From Malacoraja senta (lineage: Eukaryota): DNA of 64,000 nucleotides. The translations under genes were made by a program, and so were the position numbers. The notes under the pieces were generated by a model. It saw only the letters and a list, made by a program, of their open reading frames with translations. It had not been told where the DNA came from and did not search any database. Below are positions 1-12,183 of this stretch, piece by piece (within the stretch, counting starts at the first letter, position 1; each line of letters begins with the position of its first letter). Location: positions 63,302,001-63,366,000 of the forward strand of contig CM075982.1 of NCBI GenBank assembly GCA_038087875.1, in the 5' to 3' direction.

Positions 1-36
1 GCCCAATGGTCCCTCCTTGTTCTTGCCCCCCCCCCA

Positions 37-159
37 CACTGAGGGACCAAAGAGGGACCATTGGGCGCTATAAAGAATACTTTGTAACTTTGTCGTTGCC
101 CTATACATGGCGATTCTTTGCTTACCTTGTGTATGGTATGCAAAACAAAGAATTTCACT
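37..159 (+). repeat. 3' tail fragment of a retroposon family (second copy at about 55505-55655)
   Basis: Direct similarity between the two copies (caaagagggac.attggg...gtgtatggtat..aaaacaaagaatttcact). Confidence 0.6.
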
Positions 160-487
160 TTGTTCTTGTCCACCCTCTGGCACGGGTCCTCTCTTGGACG
201 GCACTGTGGAGCTCGCTGGGTGCTTCCAACATCCCACAGCACTCTCCAAAGGCCCACCCAGCTCTTGGTGGTCATTCGCGGATCCCTCCTCGCTCTCGCC
301 CTGCGGGTCCTGTTGACGTCCCCGGCAGGTGGGCCGGACCTGCCGGAGGGCTTGTTCCCGCTCGCCGGGACCACTCCCAGTTGTGCTGCTTGCCCAGAAC
401 ATCAACACTGGAATTACTAAAGCCCGAACGAAACAGATACTTAAAATTCTTCTCAGAATTAATTACGTATAATTCAGGTGTTTCTTG

Positions 488-950
488 CAATTGAGGGAGT
501 GCAGCGTAGGTTCACCAGGTTAATTCCCGGGATGGCGGGACTGACATATGATGAAAGAATGGGTCGACTGGGCATGTATTTAAAAGGATGAGAGGGGATC
601 TTCTGGAAACATATAAAATTCTTAAGGGATTGGAAAGGCTAGATACAGGAAAAATGTTCCCGATGTTGGAGGAGTCTTAAGAATAAGGGGTAGGCCATTT
701 AGGACCGAGATGAGGAAAAACTCTTTCACCCAGAGAGTTGTGAATCTGTGAAATTCTCTGCCACAGAAGGCAGTTCACTGGATGTTTTTAAGTTAGATAT
801 AGCTCCTAGGGCTAGCGGAATCAAGGGATATGGGGAAAAAGCACGAATGGGGTACTGATTTTGGATGATCAGCCATGATCATATTGAATGGCGGTGCTGG
901 CTCGAAGGGCCGAATGGCCTACTGCACTGATTTTCTATATTTCTATGTTT
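488..950 (+). mobile_element. CR1-clade (HER1-like) LINE 3' fragment
   Basis: EGVQRRFTRLIPGM-type ORF2 C-terminus and the gggccgaatggcctact...ttctatgttt tail. Confidence 0.8.
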
Positions 951-983
951 AATGCTAATTGGGTTTTAACTTTCTTATTTCAG

Positions 984-1145
984 TTATTCCAAAATCAAAG
1001 AAGAGAAAATCAGTCCTGTCATTTTGGCATAAGTGCACAGAGGGAGAGTGTATTTTACATTTATCAGCTGAACAGTTCCTCATACAGCTAAGAAATTGTT
1101 ATATGCAGAAAGTGGCTGCAAAATACCCAGGACAGACAGAGAGAG
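984..1145 (+). CDS. RIPOR3: RIPOR3/FAM65C internal coding exon (VIPKSKKRKSVLSFWHKC...KYPGQTER)
   Basis: tttcag acceptor at 981-983, gtaag donor at 1146; 162 nt, phase 1 to phase 1; splices in frame to the next exon; peptide resembles the RIPOR family C-terminal region. Confidence 0.85.
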
Positions 1146-1857
1146 GTAAGCCACACAAGACATATCTGGCTGTTATCTGTGATTGAATTTGAAAAATATA
1201 CATCTTGTAATTTTAATGAAGACTATGCGAATAATTACGTAAGAAATAGCCGGAGAAGGCCATTCAGTCCTTCAGACTTGATCTGTCATTCAAGATCATA
1301 GCTAATCTCAACACCATTTTTCTGCCCTATCTCTGTACCTTGATTTCACGATCTTGTTGCTGTTTTTAAGCACGTGACTGCGTTGGATAAGATACATAAA
1401 CATTATCTGAAAAACTATTCCATTTTTTATGATACATCACGGATGAAATAAATAAGGTTCAAATTGGAATTTGTGTGATTATTCAATAACTGAACTTTGA
1501 ATCGATGTTTTACAATGACTGATATTTAGCTATAAAATGATTGGAATTCTGAATGTATATATAGGTAAAAGTGAAACTGCCCTCTCTTGCTCAGCGATGG
1601 CTAACTTGGCGTGGATTTGGTGAAACTATTCTCCTCAGGACAATGAGGAGACAAGGGCAGAGTGCAGCAATTGCAAATTTTGATGTATTTACGTGTAATT
1701 CTTTTGACTCAACAAACAATTGTGTTGAAATGTGCGAGATTTAACATTTTGCAGCTCTTGTGGTTTACGGAAAAAGCTGCAAAATGTAAAATCCACCACC
1801 ATATCACCAATGGCAGAGAATTTAAAAATTTGTGAGACTGAGTAGGTGTTATGTTAA

Positions 1858-1977
1858 AGAAAGAACTGAAGATGCTGGAAAAATCAAAGGTAGACAAAAA
1901 TGCTGGAGAAACTCAGCGGGTGAGGCAGCATCTATGGAGCGAAGGAATAGGTGACGTTTCGGGTCGAGACTCTTCTT
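1858..1977 (-). repeat. Penelope terminal repeat (pLTR) solo fragment
   Basis: Reverse complement matches the pLTR at 57310-57412; retains gacccgaaacgtcac, lacks the CTG of the core. Confidence 0.75.
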
Positions 1978-2605
1978 GTGTTATGCTATAGTTAGGGCCA
2001 AGTCAAACCACATTGAGGATAATTGCGAGGCTGTTTTTGAAAGGTACACCAATGACATAAGAAATAGGTTTGATTTTATTTTCCTGAGGTGTCTCTGTCA
2101 TGAATGTAGTCAACCAACAGAAACACAGAACTCTGAAGTTGCAGTACTCTTTAAAAAACCTTAACCAGAGACTTCATCTTCTTCTACTCTCAGTAACTGG
2201 GAGAACCAAGCCAGGAATATGTCCACATTCAAAATTGGTGTTGCATGACAAGATTATATATAATTTAAAAAAAAGTAACTTAGGTTTCCAGTCATTCAGA
2301 TGAATTAATCAAATGCAACCTCACCCACCATTCAGAAACCCCATTCACTCTGTCCTGGATCATTGATTAATTTTATTTCTTTATTCAGTAGTGTTCAGAC
2401 TCGACTGATTGTCCAGTATTATAGAGAGAGAAGGAATCGTCACAGTACAGGCCATATTTAACATTTGCATTTCCTTCTCCCATCAGTAGCTTTAGGAGGA
2501 CAGATTCTACACTAATTTTGTCTAATATGGTCAAAATAATTATGTAACACTCTATTAAAAGGTTTTAAGACATTTAATGTTAATCGCTCTCATGTTTTTT
2601 GCAAG

Positions 2606-2764
2606 TATTCAGAACACTTCTGCACCAGATTATCAGCTGTTGTGAATTACTGCCTTGTCCCAATGTCTCAGAGGAATTGGTGACAGTTTTCCAGTTTTTC
2701 AACTACATTCAGAAGTACAATATTACTCAGCTCGGAACCCATTTGACCAGTCTAGCGAAGGAAG
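2606..2764 (+). CDS. RIPOR3: RIPOR3 coding exon (VFRTLLHQIISCCELL...VTVFQFFNY...LAKE)
   Basis: ttttttgcaag acceptor, gtaagg donor; 159 nt, phase 1/1; VTVFQF motif typical of RIPOR proteins. Confidence 0.88.
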
Positions 2765-2980
2765 GTAAGGGAAAATGCTATCTCCATGGACTGGAACTTG
2801 AGTGTGTGACTGTTACAGTAATTAAATATTTATGAACAAATGCATGTGCAAAGTCTAAAATGATCACTTACCCCTTTTGATACAAACAAACAGCCTGATG
2901 AAGACCATAGGCAGCTGGAGCAAGAGAGTATAAATAGAGTGTGTGTTTTTGAACCACAACAGATACAGTAGCACTTGGCA

Positions 2981-3285
2981 GATAGACACAAAAAGCTGGA
3001 GTAAAGGGCCTGTCCCACTTGGGCGTTATTTGCGCGTCATTTACGCGACATCATTTACGCGTCACGACATAATTTACGCGTCACGCACGCGTCGTGACGC
3101 GCGCATGGCGTGTGGTGAGACGTGGCGGCCCCACCATGTCTCACCACGCACCATGCGCGCATAATGCACCTGCGTGACGCGCAAATGACGCCCAAGTGGA
3201 ACAGGCCCTTAACTCAGCGGGACAGGCAGCATCTCTGGAGAGAAGGAATGGGTGACATTTCGGGTCGAGAACCTTTTTCAGACCT
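2981..3285 (-). repeat. Penelope pLTR copy split by the MITE at 3005-3209
   Basis: gctggag-taa-ctcagcggg is restored when the MITE is removed; reverse complement reads ggtctgaaaaaggttctcgacccgaaatgtcaccc. Confidence 0.75.
3005..3209. mobile_element. PIF/Harbinger-type MITE (205 bp)
   Basis: TIRs AGGGCCTGTCCCACTTGGGCG / CGCCCAAGTGGAACAGGCCCT; TAA duplication at 3002-3004 and 3210-3212; CpG-rich internal palindromes. Confidence 0.85.
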
Positions 3286-3468
3286 TGGGCCAAGTTCTAA
3301 ATTCATTAACAAGTTTTGATAAATTGAGACAGAAGTTTAAACACACCCAACGTTAAATATAACAGCATATAACCTTTGGTCTAATGTTAACAAATGTTAT
3401 CATATTATTTGATACTTTTATAGGTCATGATCCTTGCAATCCCATTTGTTGACTCTTTATACTTTTAG

Positions 3469-3671
3469 TGTTTCTACCTGAAGCATTGCATTCTACATAC
3501 AAGGTAAAGGCACTGAAAAAGTTAAAAGAAAAGCTTGTGTCGGAACTGCAACCACTGCGTCAAACATTACAGTCCATCAGTGTGCTTCAGTTGGATGAGA
3601 ATCCCAAAGTTGCTCAGACTGCAATCTCCTTTCTCAGGAGTGCTTCAGCAAACAACTTATTTAGAACAAAG
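3469..3671 (+). CDS. RIPOR3: RIPOR3 coding exon (VFLPEALHS...LQPLRQTL...LQLDENPKV...FRTK), ARM/HEAT-like region
   Basis: cttttag acceptor, gtaagt donor; 203 nt, phase 1 to phase 0. Confidence 0.88.
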
Positions 3672-4182
3672 GTAAGTATTATCGTCCTCGTGCTCTGAAT
3701 AAACAAATTAAAAAACTTATTTTATGTTTTATCCATCTTCTTGTGAATTTTGTTACATTAAGTAAAGTAGCAAATCATGAATAGCATTAACAGTTGATCA
3801 GTAGCATGTTTATCCCTAGAGTTATATACTCATAATGTGTAATCATCGTAATATATTAGCCTGCACATGAAATAGAACTATTCCCTCAAAGTTGAAATAA
3901 AACAGGTAAAAAATTAAACAAGCAATATGCAAAATAAAAATACATTTTGCAAAGGTGATGACTAAATAAGCAAAATGTTTTAATGAGATATATCAGTAAA
4001 GAGATAAGATATGAGAGACTGTACCAAGATACGGTGAAGCAGGATAACAAAAATGACAATATTAATATTTAGTCACATCTCTCATTAAAGTGTAACAATG
4101 TTTAAAGAGAAACTGAAGTTTTCAATGTCCGTAGAACTTATGTGCCAGATTCTCCTGAAATAGTGAAAGTAATTGAACAAAA

Positions 4183-5213
4183 CAGGAAGGAGATTGAGAA
4201 CCTCGTAACCAGGTGTCAACACGACAACATTGACTTCAGGAAACGAAGCAGTGTACATTGATGGCGTCGAAGTAGATCTTCAAGCACTTAGGAATAAATA
4301 TCAGTAGTAATTTGTCCTGGACCAGCCACATCAAAGTTATGACCAAGAAATCACCAATGCCTATATATCCTTAGAAGGCTTAGGAAGTTTGGCATGTCCC
4401 CAACAACCTTCACCAACCTTGACAGACGCACCGCAGAAAGCATTTCATCGGGATCAATCCCGATTTGGTTTGGGAACAACTCCATCCAACGCCGCAAGAA
4501 ATTACAGTCATGGACTTAGCCCAGACCATTGTGCAAACTAACCTTCCTTCTATTGACTCCATCTGCACATCACGCTGCCTTGGCAAGGCCACCCACATAA
4601 TCAAGGACCAGTCTCACCCTGGTCACACCCTCTTCTGCCTTCTCTCAACAGGCTCTCTCAGGTACAAAGGAACTGCAGATGCTGGTTTAAACCGAAGATA
4701 GGCACTAAATGCTGGAGTAACTCAGCAGGACAGGCAGCATCACTGGATAGAAGGAATGGGTGATGTATCGGGTTGAGACTCTTCTTCCATGTGTGGAAGA
4801 AGGGTCTTAACCCGAAACATCACCCATTCCTCCTCTCCAGAGATGCTGCCTGTCTCGCTGAGTTACTCCAGCATTTTGTGTCTATCTTAGGCAAGAGGTA
4901 CAGATGTTTGAAAACACATACCTCCAGATTCAGGGACAGTTTCTTCCCAGCTGTTATCAGGCAACTGAACCATCCTCTCACCAGCTAGAGTGTGGTCCTG
5001 AGCTCCAATCTACCTAGTTTGAGACCCTTGAACTATCTTTAATCAGACTTTATCAGAGTTTATCTCGCACCAAATGTTGTACCCTTTATCCTTTATCTGT
5101 GTACTATGGATGACTTGATGGTAATCGTGTACAGCATTTTCTTTAACTGGATAGCACGCAACAACAACAAAAATCATTTTACTAAACAAAAATTTTCATT
5201 AAACTAAACTAAA
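4183..5213 (+). mobile_element. Decayed Rex1/Babar-like LINE 3' portion, interrupted by the inverted pLTR pair
   Basis: Remnants of LGINISSNLSWTSHI, RLRKFGMS, IIKDQSHPGH and RFRDSFFPAVIRQLN; (aaact)n tail. Confidence 0.7.
4664..4888. repeat. Head-to-head inverted pair of Penelope pLTR fragments
   Basis: Arms about 4695-4789 and 4794-4888 are reverse complements separated by tgtg. Confidence 0.8.
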
Positions 5214-5494
5214 ATGTACCTAGTTAACCATGGAGAAGTTAGCAAGTAACTAATAGTGAATAGCCACAGGATGCTAGTTTTGCTAGTCATTTGACAGCTT
5301 TCTGAAAAAGCCTTCCCAAATATTTCATCATGTTACTGTTTTTTCACATGTATTGATCACTCCATTCATTGAAGAAAGTTATGTCCAAGTACACTTTTGA
5401 CAATGCGATTGATAGTGAAAGCCCATCAATCATTTCTGCCCACAATTGTAAACAAACAACTATGTGTATGCCAGTCCTAATTGTTTTATGAGGT

Positions 5495-5835
5495 TGTAGA
5501 GGCACCAAACGTCGTGAATAAACGGTTTCTTTATTCAGGCATTATAGGTTTGATATACATGCACGTTTAGTCCTCTAACACAAAAGTAATTGTTGCTGCT
5601 GCGAGGCTGTTGCCTCGTGGGTTCGAGCTGAGCTCCTGCTGAGGTGGCAGGACACTCACGCAAAGAGAGAAGAAGAGGAAGACAGAGGAAAGGGTAACCC
5701 GGGGGTTCGTTATATACAAGGGCACACCCCTATACCCCGTGACAACTCGTTCCCGCGATTTCCCAGTCACGTGACCCTACCCCCGACTGCCGAGGGTTCG
5801 CGTAGCAAGTGGCCTAACCACCGGGTGCCGCCACA
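5495..5835 (-). mobile_element. Solo LTR (Gypsy-like), 341 bp
   Basis: TG...CA ends with inverted termini tgtagaggcacc / ggtgccgccaca; minus-strand TATA-like site at about 5710-5717 and AATAAA at 5530-5535; CpG-rich. Confidence 0.65.
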
Positions 5836-6194
5836 ATATTAAAATTACTATATTTTTGTAGATGCAGGGGCACAACTGTGATGAATATGTGGTTATGGAT
5901 GAGTGCATATACAAAATCAAATCTTCACACATTAAGAATGCATTTATTTGTTCACCTCTCCAAAGGTGGATTGGAATATTCCTTTTGAACTATCTATTCA
6001 TTTGCTACACCCTTTCTAACTAAATATTAACCTGTTTTAACTCTTCCATTGTTCTGATGAAGGGTATTGCACAAAAAAAATTTAAGTCTATTCCTCCTAC
6101 AATAATCTTTATATGTCAGAGTGTCTTTTGTATTGTGGATTCAATATTGTTAACCTAATTGTAATTTTAATATTTTTAACTGTACATTTCTCAG

Positions 6195-6278
6195 GCTTTG
6201 GCCTACTACACAGAAAGTTTGCAAGAAAAAGACGTGCAACACCAAAGAGCTGCCTGCTTGGCACTTAAACAGCTGAAG
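6195..6278 (+). CDS. RIPOR3: RIPOR3 coding exon (ALAYYTESLQEKDVQHQRAACLALKQLK)
   Basis: tttctcag acceptor, gtaaat donor; 84 nt, phase 0/0; AACLALK motif conserved in RIPOR family; too short for the ORF track. Confidence 0.92.
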
Positions 6279-6359
6279 GTAAATTAGGATTTTATGAAAT
6301 TTCATGCTGCTATGAATAGTGCTAAAATCTCTGCCAATCCACAAAACTTTGTGATCTTG

Positions 6360-7155
6360 CGGGTTCAGAGGAGGACACAAAGCCTGCAAAGGAATATGAA
6401 TAGATTAAGTGAATGAACAAAAAGTAAAATGGAAGTTATCCCCTTTGGAAAATTGAAAAGGAAATAGATTATTTAAACTAAGAGACTATAAAATGTTGTG
6501 GTATGGAGAGATCTGGGAAACCTTGCAGATGAAATACAAGAAGTGAGGCATTGCAAGTAATTTGGAAAGCTAATGAAACATTGTCTATGTTGCAAGATAT
6601 GGAGTGTAAACATAGATAAGTGTTCATGCAAATTCACAAGGTGCCTCTGAAACTGGCCTTTGAGTAGTGTGTACAGCTGTGGCCTGCTTATGGATTGGAA
6701 ACAACACAGCGGGTTCACCAAGTTGATTTGAGATGAAGCAGTTGACAAGAAGTTTAGCAGGTTGGGTCTATACTCATTGGAATGTAGAAGAACGAGAGGT
6801 GATCTTATTGATGTAAGGATCTGAAGGTGATTGACAGGATGAAAGCTAAGAGGATGGTCCCTTTGTGGGAGTAACTGGAATAACTGGAAGAGGGGATCAC
6901 CCATTTCAGACGTAGTCGAGATGTAGTGTTTTTTTCTCAGGGTTGCGAATCTTTGAAATTCTACTTTGGAGAGCTGTGGGGCCAGTCATTGAATATATTC
7001 AAGGAGAGACTGCCCTTTAATCTTGAAGAGATTTGTGGGATATGGGGGAAAAGAGAAAAGATAGTATTGAGGCCAATATGGATCATTGATGATCACATTG
7101 AGCGAAGCACTGCCTCAAGGGATGAACAGAACTACTCATGCTGTTTCTCATATTT
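6360..7155 (+). mobile_element. Old CR1-like LINE fragment
   Basis: Degenerate ORF2 C-terminal motifs (cagcgggttcaccaag, agaggtgatcttattga). Confidence 0.6.
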
Positions 7156-7492
7156 TTGCTCTAATCAATGTTTTAATGCAAAAAGTATTACACGTCATTT
7201 GTTTTGTCTTTGATCTTTGCTGAATCTAATATGCTCAGCCATTTTTGCAGATTGAATCAAATTGTTTGAGCCTGCATTCTGTTATAATGGGGACCTCGAG
7301 GAGGCAACAGTTCTGGTTGGACCTGTATATTGTTGAGGATCTAAAAGCTCATGGGAATTACATCTCTCATGATGAAGTTTAATTAGTCATTGTTATTCAT
7401 CATTATACATAACAGGACTGCTGAGCTTAAATCTGATCTGCTGATTTTGGTCCTGGTGATCTTTCTCTCTCTTTAGCATGATGCATCTGTTG

Positions 7493-8075
7493 TTTAGAAC
7501 ATAGAACAGTACATACAGGCCATGCACCTTTGGGCCATGATGTCTACTTAGACTAATCATGTGAACTATTTCTCTCCATTCTGCTGCATATTCATGTCTA
7601 TCTAAAGGCATTCATAAATGCCAATGTCATATCTGCTTCCACCACCACCCCTGGCAGCATGTTCCAGGCACCGATGACTCAGTGTAAAAAAGCTTGCCCT
7701 GCACATCTCCTTTAAATCCCCCACTCCCTCACACAATATAGCTCTGCCCTCTAGTCTTTGACATTTCCAGCCTGGGAAAAAATATTCTGGCTATCTATTG
7801 CCTCCCATAACTTTGTTAACTTCTATTGGGTCTCCCCTTAGCCTCCAATGCAAGTTTGTCCAACTTCTCGTTATAGCTAATACACTCTAATCCAAGCACA
7901 CATGCTGGTTAACCTCTTCATAATCCTCGCCAAAGCCTGGATATCTTTCCTGTAATGGGGTGACCAGAACTGCACACAATACTCCAAATGCGGCCTCACC
8001 AAAGTTCTATAAAGCTGCAACATGACTCTTATACTCAATGCCCTGACCAATGAGGGCAAGCATATCATTTGCCGT
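7493..8075 (-). mobile_element. CR1-like LINE 3' fragment
   Basis: ORF 7877-8068 encodes LYRTLVRPHLEYCVQFWSPHYRKDI; agaacatagaaca tail. Confidence 0.85.
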
Positions 8076-8589
8076 CTTAACTTGTGTTATTTTCAGGGAC
8101 CATAAATGTTTAACCTTTTTGCAGGCTTGTGTTCAGCTTTACCAGGCTCTATTTAGATGCTGTTTCTGGTATAATTTGATATACATTGAACCAGGGTGGT
8201 TCTCTGGCTTAATAATAATGACAAGAGTGAGGGCAATGCTGGGGTGTAATGTTATGGATTGTGATAGAATATATTTCTGCTGGTATGTGTGAAGCCAGTG
8301 TTGTCATGTCTGCACAAACAATTATGGGGACATACAGTATGTTTGCGATAGGCAGGATCTAACGCTGAGTACGAATATTTATCCTTTCTGTTGGTTTTCT
8401 CTGACTACTTTCAAGTAGGCAATGCCGCTCTCTCCTTTCCAGCTTCAACGGTATGGCCAGCATGGCATTGATGAGTGATGCTTTCAATGGACAATAATGT
8501 GTCTCATCCACTGAACAGTGTCATTGTTCCCTACTGTTTCTCACAATTGCCGTTTAACATAGATGAGGACTGACTCCTCAGCCTAAAAC

Positions 8590-9235
8590 TCGTCCCTTCC
8601 CACCCAAACCACCCCCTCCCCAGGTACTTTTCTCTGCAACCGCAGGAGATGCAACACCTGTCCCTTTACCTCCCCCCCTCAACTCCATCCAAGGACCCCA
8701 AGTCTTTTCAGGTGAGGCAGAGGTTCACTTCATCTACTATATCCGCTGTTCCAGGTTTCAACTTCTGTACATCGGCAAGACCATGCGCAGGCTCGGCGAT
8801 CGTTTCACTGAACATCTCTGGTCAGTCTGCCTTAACCCACTTGATCTCCCCGGTGGCTCAGCACATTAACTCCCCCTCCCATTTCCAATCTTACCTTTCT
8901 GTCCTGGGCCTCCTACATTGTCAGAGTGAGGCCAAATCCCAGCGCAAATTGGAGGAACAGCACCTCATATTTCGCTTGGGTACCTAACACCCCAGCGGTA
9001 TGAACATTAACTTCGTTAACTTCAAATAGCCCTTGCTTTCCCTCTCTCTCTCCATCCTCTCCCCCTTTCCAGTTCTCCCACCAGTCTTACTGTCTCCGAC
9101 TACATTCTATCTCTGTCCCGCCCACTCCCTTGACATCAGTCTGAAGAAGGGTCTCGACCTGAAACATCACCCATTCCTTCTCTCCAGAGATGTTGCCTGT
9201 CCCTCTGAATTACTCCAGCATTTTGTGTCTATCCT
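8590..9235 (+). mobile_element. Penelope-like (Neptune-type) element 3' fragment: Cys linker, GIY-YIG endonuclease and pLTR
   Basis: CNRRRCNTCP linker, LYIG, HINSPSH, RKLEEQHLIFRLG; hammerhead-like core starting at 9141. Confidence 0.85.
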
Positions 9236-9877
9236 CAGCCTAAAACATAGTTAATAGTAATCTGCAGGGCCTTTCTCTTGTGTTGTTTGTAGATGAAAAT
9301 GGCACTAATGAGCTTTGAAATTGATGAGTCCCAGGGTCACTGCTTCACTTACCTGTGCAGTTACACTGCAATTTCACTGCACCTAGTGAGGATTGTTTAT
9401 TAAGGTAAGAGGTGGGAGGCAACAGAATGAAACACCCCATCCCCATGGGATAAATAGCAGGATAGGGGTAGAAAAGCCCTGGGCATAATGTTTCAAATTT
9501 TATACTTGTAGCAACCATGGTACTCAAATTCCACTTGAACCCCTATTTCAAATGACTCGCCAAATACATTATTTAATAGGACAACACTCTTTATTTGGAA
9601 TCTTGATTTGTCTATTCTATTGGATGGAGCTGCTGAACTTGTTTGTTTATTGGGACTCAATTAATTCTACCAGTTCATTCTTGTGAAGATATAATTAACA
9701 GATTTAGTTTCTGGTTTAGCTAATATATTTTAGTATTGGACTGATACATGGCTGAAACCCCATGGGGTACATACAAGCTGTTCTGTTGAATATAGAGAAA
9801 TTGTAAGATTGCAGCATTACCTACGCTTTAAAGTAAGTTTAATAGATTATTAAATCTTATTTTTATCTTTCTTGGAG

Positions 9878-9968
9878 GCGGTGGAAAGCATTGAGCAGAT
9901 CGCCAGCTTGTGTCATTCTCAAGTGGCACACGTGCACAATGTGGCAAGAGAAACCCTCATCTCATTTG
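9878..9968 (+). CDS. RIPOR3: RIPOR3 penultimate coding exon (AVESIEQIASLCHSQVAHVHNVARETLISFG)
   Basis: Polypyrimidine tract followed by a GAG acceptor, gtaatg donor; 91 nt, phase 0 to phase 1; ESI..L C..ARETLxSFG motif. Confidence 0.88.
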
Positions 9969-10206
9969 GTAATGGTATTCTTCTTAATTATTATTCATCT
10001 TCTCACTTGTTTCACCTTTTGCTAAGGCATCTAGTTCAAAATGTACTAGTAACTTTAAAATACCTAATTGAAATGGCCAACATTTACAATTGCTTTAACA
10101 CAAGTGTTCCACTAGAGTGACAATTCGGTCAGCCTATTCCAATCATCAGTGTTCATATTGAGATACTATCAGTCAAGATAGCTGGCTGATAATTTCAGGA
10201 GAAATA

Positions 10207-10322
10207 AGGTACTGCAGATGCTGGAATCTTGGGGAAAACACAAAGTGCTGGTGTAATTCAGTGGGGCAGCATCTCTGGTGGATATGGATAAGTGATGTTT
10301 TGGGTGAGGATCCTACTTCAGA
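10207..10322 (-). repeat. Degenerate Penelope pLTR
   Basis: actgcagatgctgg...gcagcatctctgg...tgatgttttgggt...cttcaga. Confidence 0.6.
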
Positions 10323-11701
10323 ATTCAAAAGCAGTTACATTTTATGGTGAGTAAAAGCAGCAAGGAAAATGCAGATAATTTAGGATCATTTTTCCTGTGC
10401 TCAACTCAAGATCTCTGATACAGGTTGTGTAAATTGACCTTCGCTGGAATAGAATCTGGTACCTGCATAGATTAAAATGAACACTTTTCCAGTTGGTTTA
10501 CTGCAGAGATTTGCTTAACTATTGAAATGAGCTATGCATTAATATATTCAGATCACTTCCCAATAATATTATGCTGAACTAAGTAAATAGATCATAGTTC
10601 CTAGAAAAGACGATGCAAATACTGACATTCCTATAGGCCTTAAACCTTAGTTGGCCCCTTTACATATCCTTTGACCTTCATATCCTGCTCCTTTTTACAA
10701 TTTATTCAAAATCTGTATTCTTTGCTACCCATTCAATTACATAATTGACTTAAAGACATCTTGAGTCTACTCCCACAATCCCTGTAGCAGGTAACTTTCT
10801 GCCTTGGTGATTCCATCCTCCATTTTAACCTGGGTTTTCTTTCTTGCTTTCAATAGTATCCTAGTAAGATTTATTATCTTACTATAAACTGTGGAAAGAA
10901 GCATTAGGGCTTCAAAAGCAGATACATTGCCTGGTGATTGAAAGCAGCAAGTAAAAGCATTTTTGATATTCTGAGCATTTTTCAATCTTCACAGACTACA
11001 GAAGTGGCACTGGAGGATTGCAAGCATTGTAACTATGTTTTTAAAAATGGAGCGATAAACCAGGTCATGTTGATTTAACTTGGTGGTGGGTAAATTAATG
11101 GAATCCAATTTGTGAAAGTATCAATCATGAAGAGAGATTAATCAGTACAGACAGCATGGATTTGTTAAAGGTTCATCTTAACTGTTTTTTTTCTTTTTCG
11201 GAGGTGGCAATGCACTTAATATATTTTACATGGATTTTAACATGACCTTTTATAAGGTTGTACATGGTTTAAAAAAAAAGATCAAAGTATCAAATTGGAT
11301 CCAAAATTGGCTGCATGGTAGGAAGCATAAAGTAATAGTGATTGAAGGCTGTTATCATGGAGCTAGCCTCAATATCCTCCAATTGCTTTCAAATAGGGAA
11401 CAATTTGAATTTAAAGGTCTCATTCTTGCTTTTAAGGCCATGGCTTACTCCCATTCATTTCTGGACTCGAGATATCTGCAACACCAATTCTGGCCTCTTG
11501 AACATCCGTTTTTAATTACTTCACTGCTGGTGATCATGCTCTTTGGTGTCCCTATACAAAGCTCTAAAATTATTTGCTTAATTCCCAACCCTCCACTTCT
11601 CCTTTAGAAGGTTCTTTAAAACTCACCTCTGGTGCAGGTTTTGTTTAAATAGCTTATTATCTAAGCAACGAGGTGACAGATGATGATTCTACATTTGACA
11701 A

Positions 11702-12045
11702 GGCAGCAGTGACACACCTATTAAAACCACTGCCTCACAGTGCCCGAAATGCATTCAATCCCGTCCTTGGGTGCTGTGTGGACTTTGCATATTCTCTCTA
11801 TGACCATATGGGTGTCCTCTAGGTGCTCCATTTTCCACCTATATTCCAAAAATATGCATGTTAGTAGGTTAATTAGCACTGTAAATTGTCCCTCAGGCAA
11901 GCGGTAGAATTTGGGAGTAGTCAATAGTAATACAAGGAGAATTTAAAAATGGGGGCAAATATGGGATTAGTGTTAATGTGTGTTTGATGGTCTGTGCGGA
12001 CTTGGTGGGCCGAATAGCCCATTTAAGTGCCAAATCTCCGACTGT
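11702..12045 (+). mobile_element. Old V-SINE (HE1-like)
   Basis: V-domain-like tgtgtggactttgcatattctct...ggtgctcc and a CR1-like gggccgaatagcc tail. Confidence 0.65.
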
Positions 12046-12183
12046 ACGAAATAATATTTATCAAGTATTGCTCAGTTGATTTCGGATTTGGAAGAGAATT
12101 ACAAAAGTTCTGACTATATATTTAAATTAAGGCTGTTATTTTGACATGATTTTTGTTAACTATTTGCTTATTTTATTGTACAG

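Noticed and set aside
6-494. 162-aa ORF at the window start
   Set aside because: Spans a retroposon tail and a GC-rich patch inside a RIPOR3 intron; no recognisable domain.
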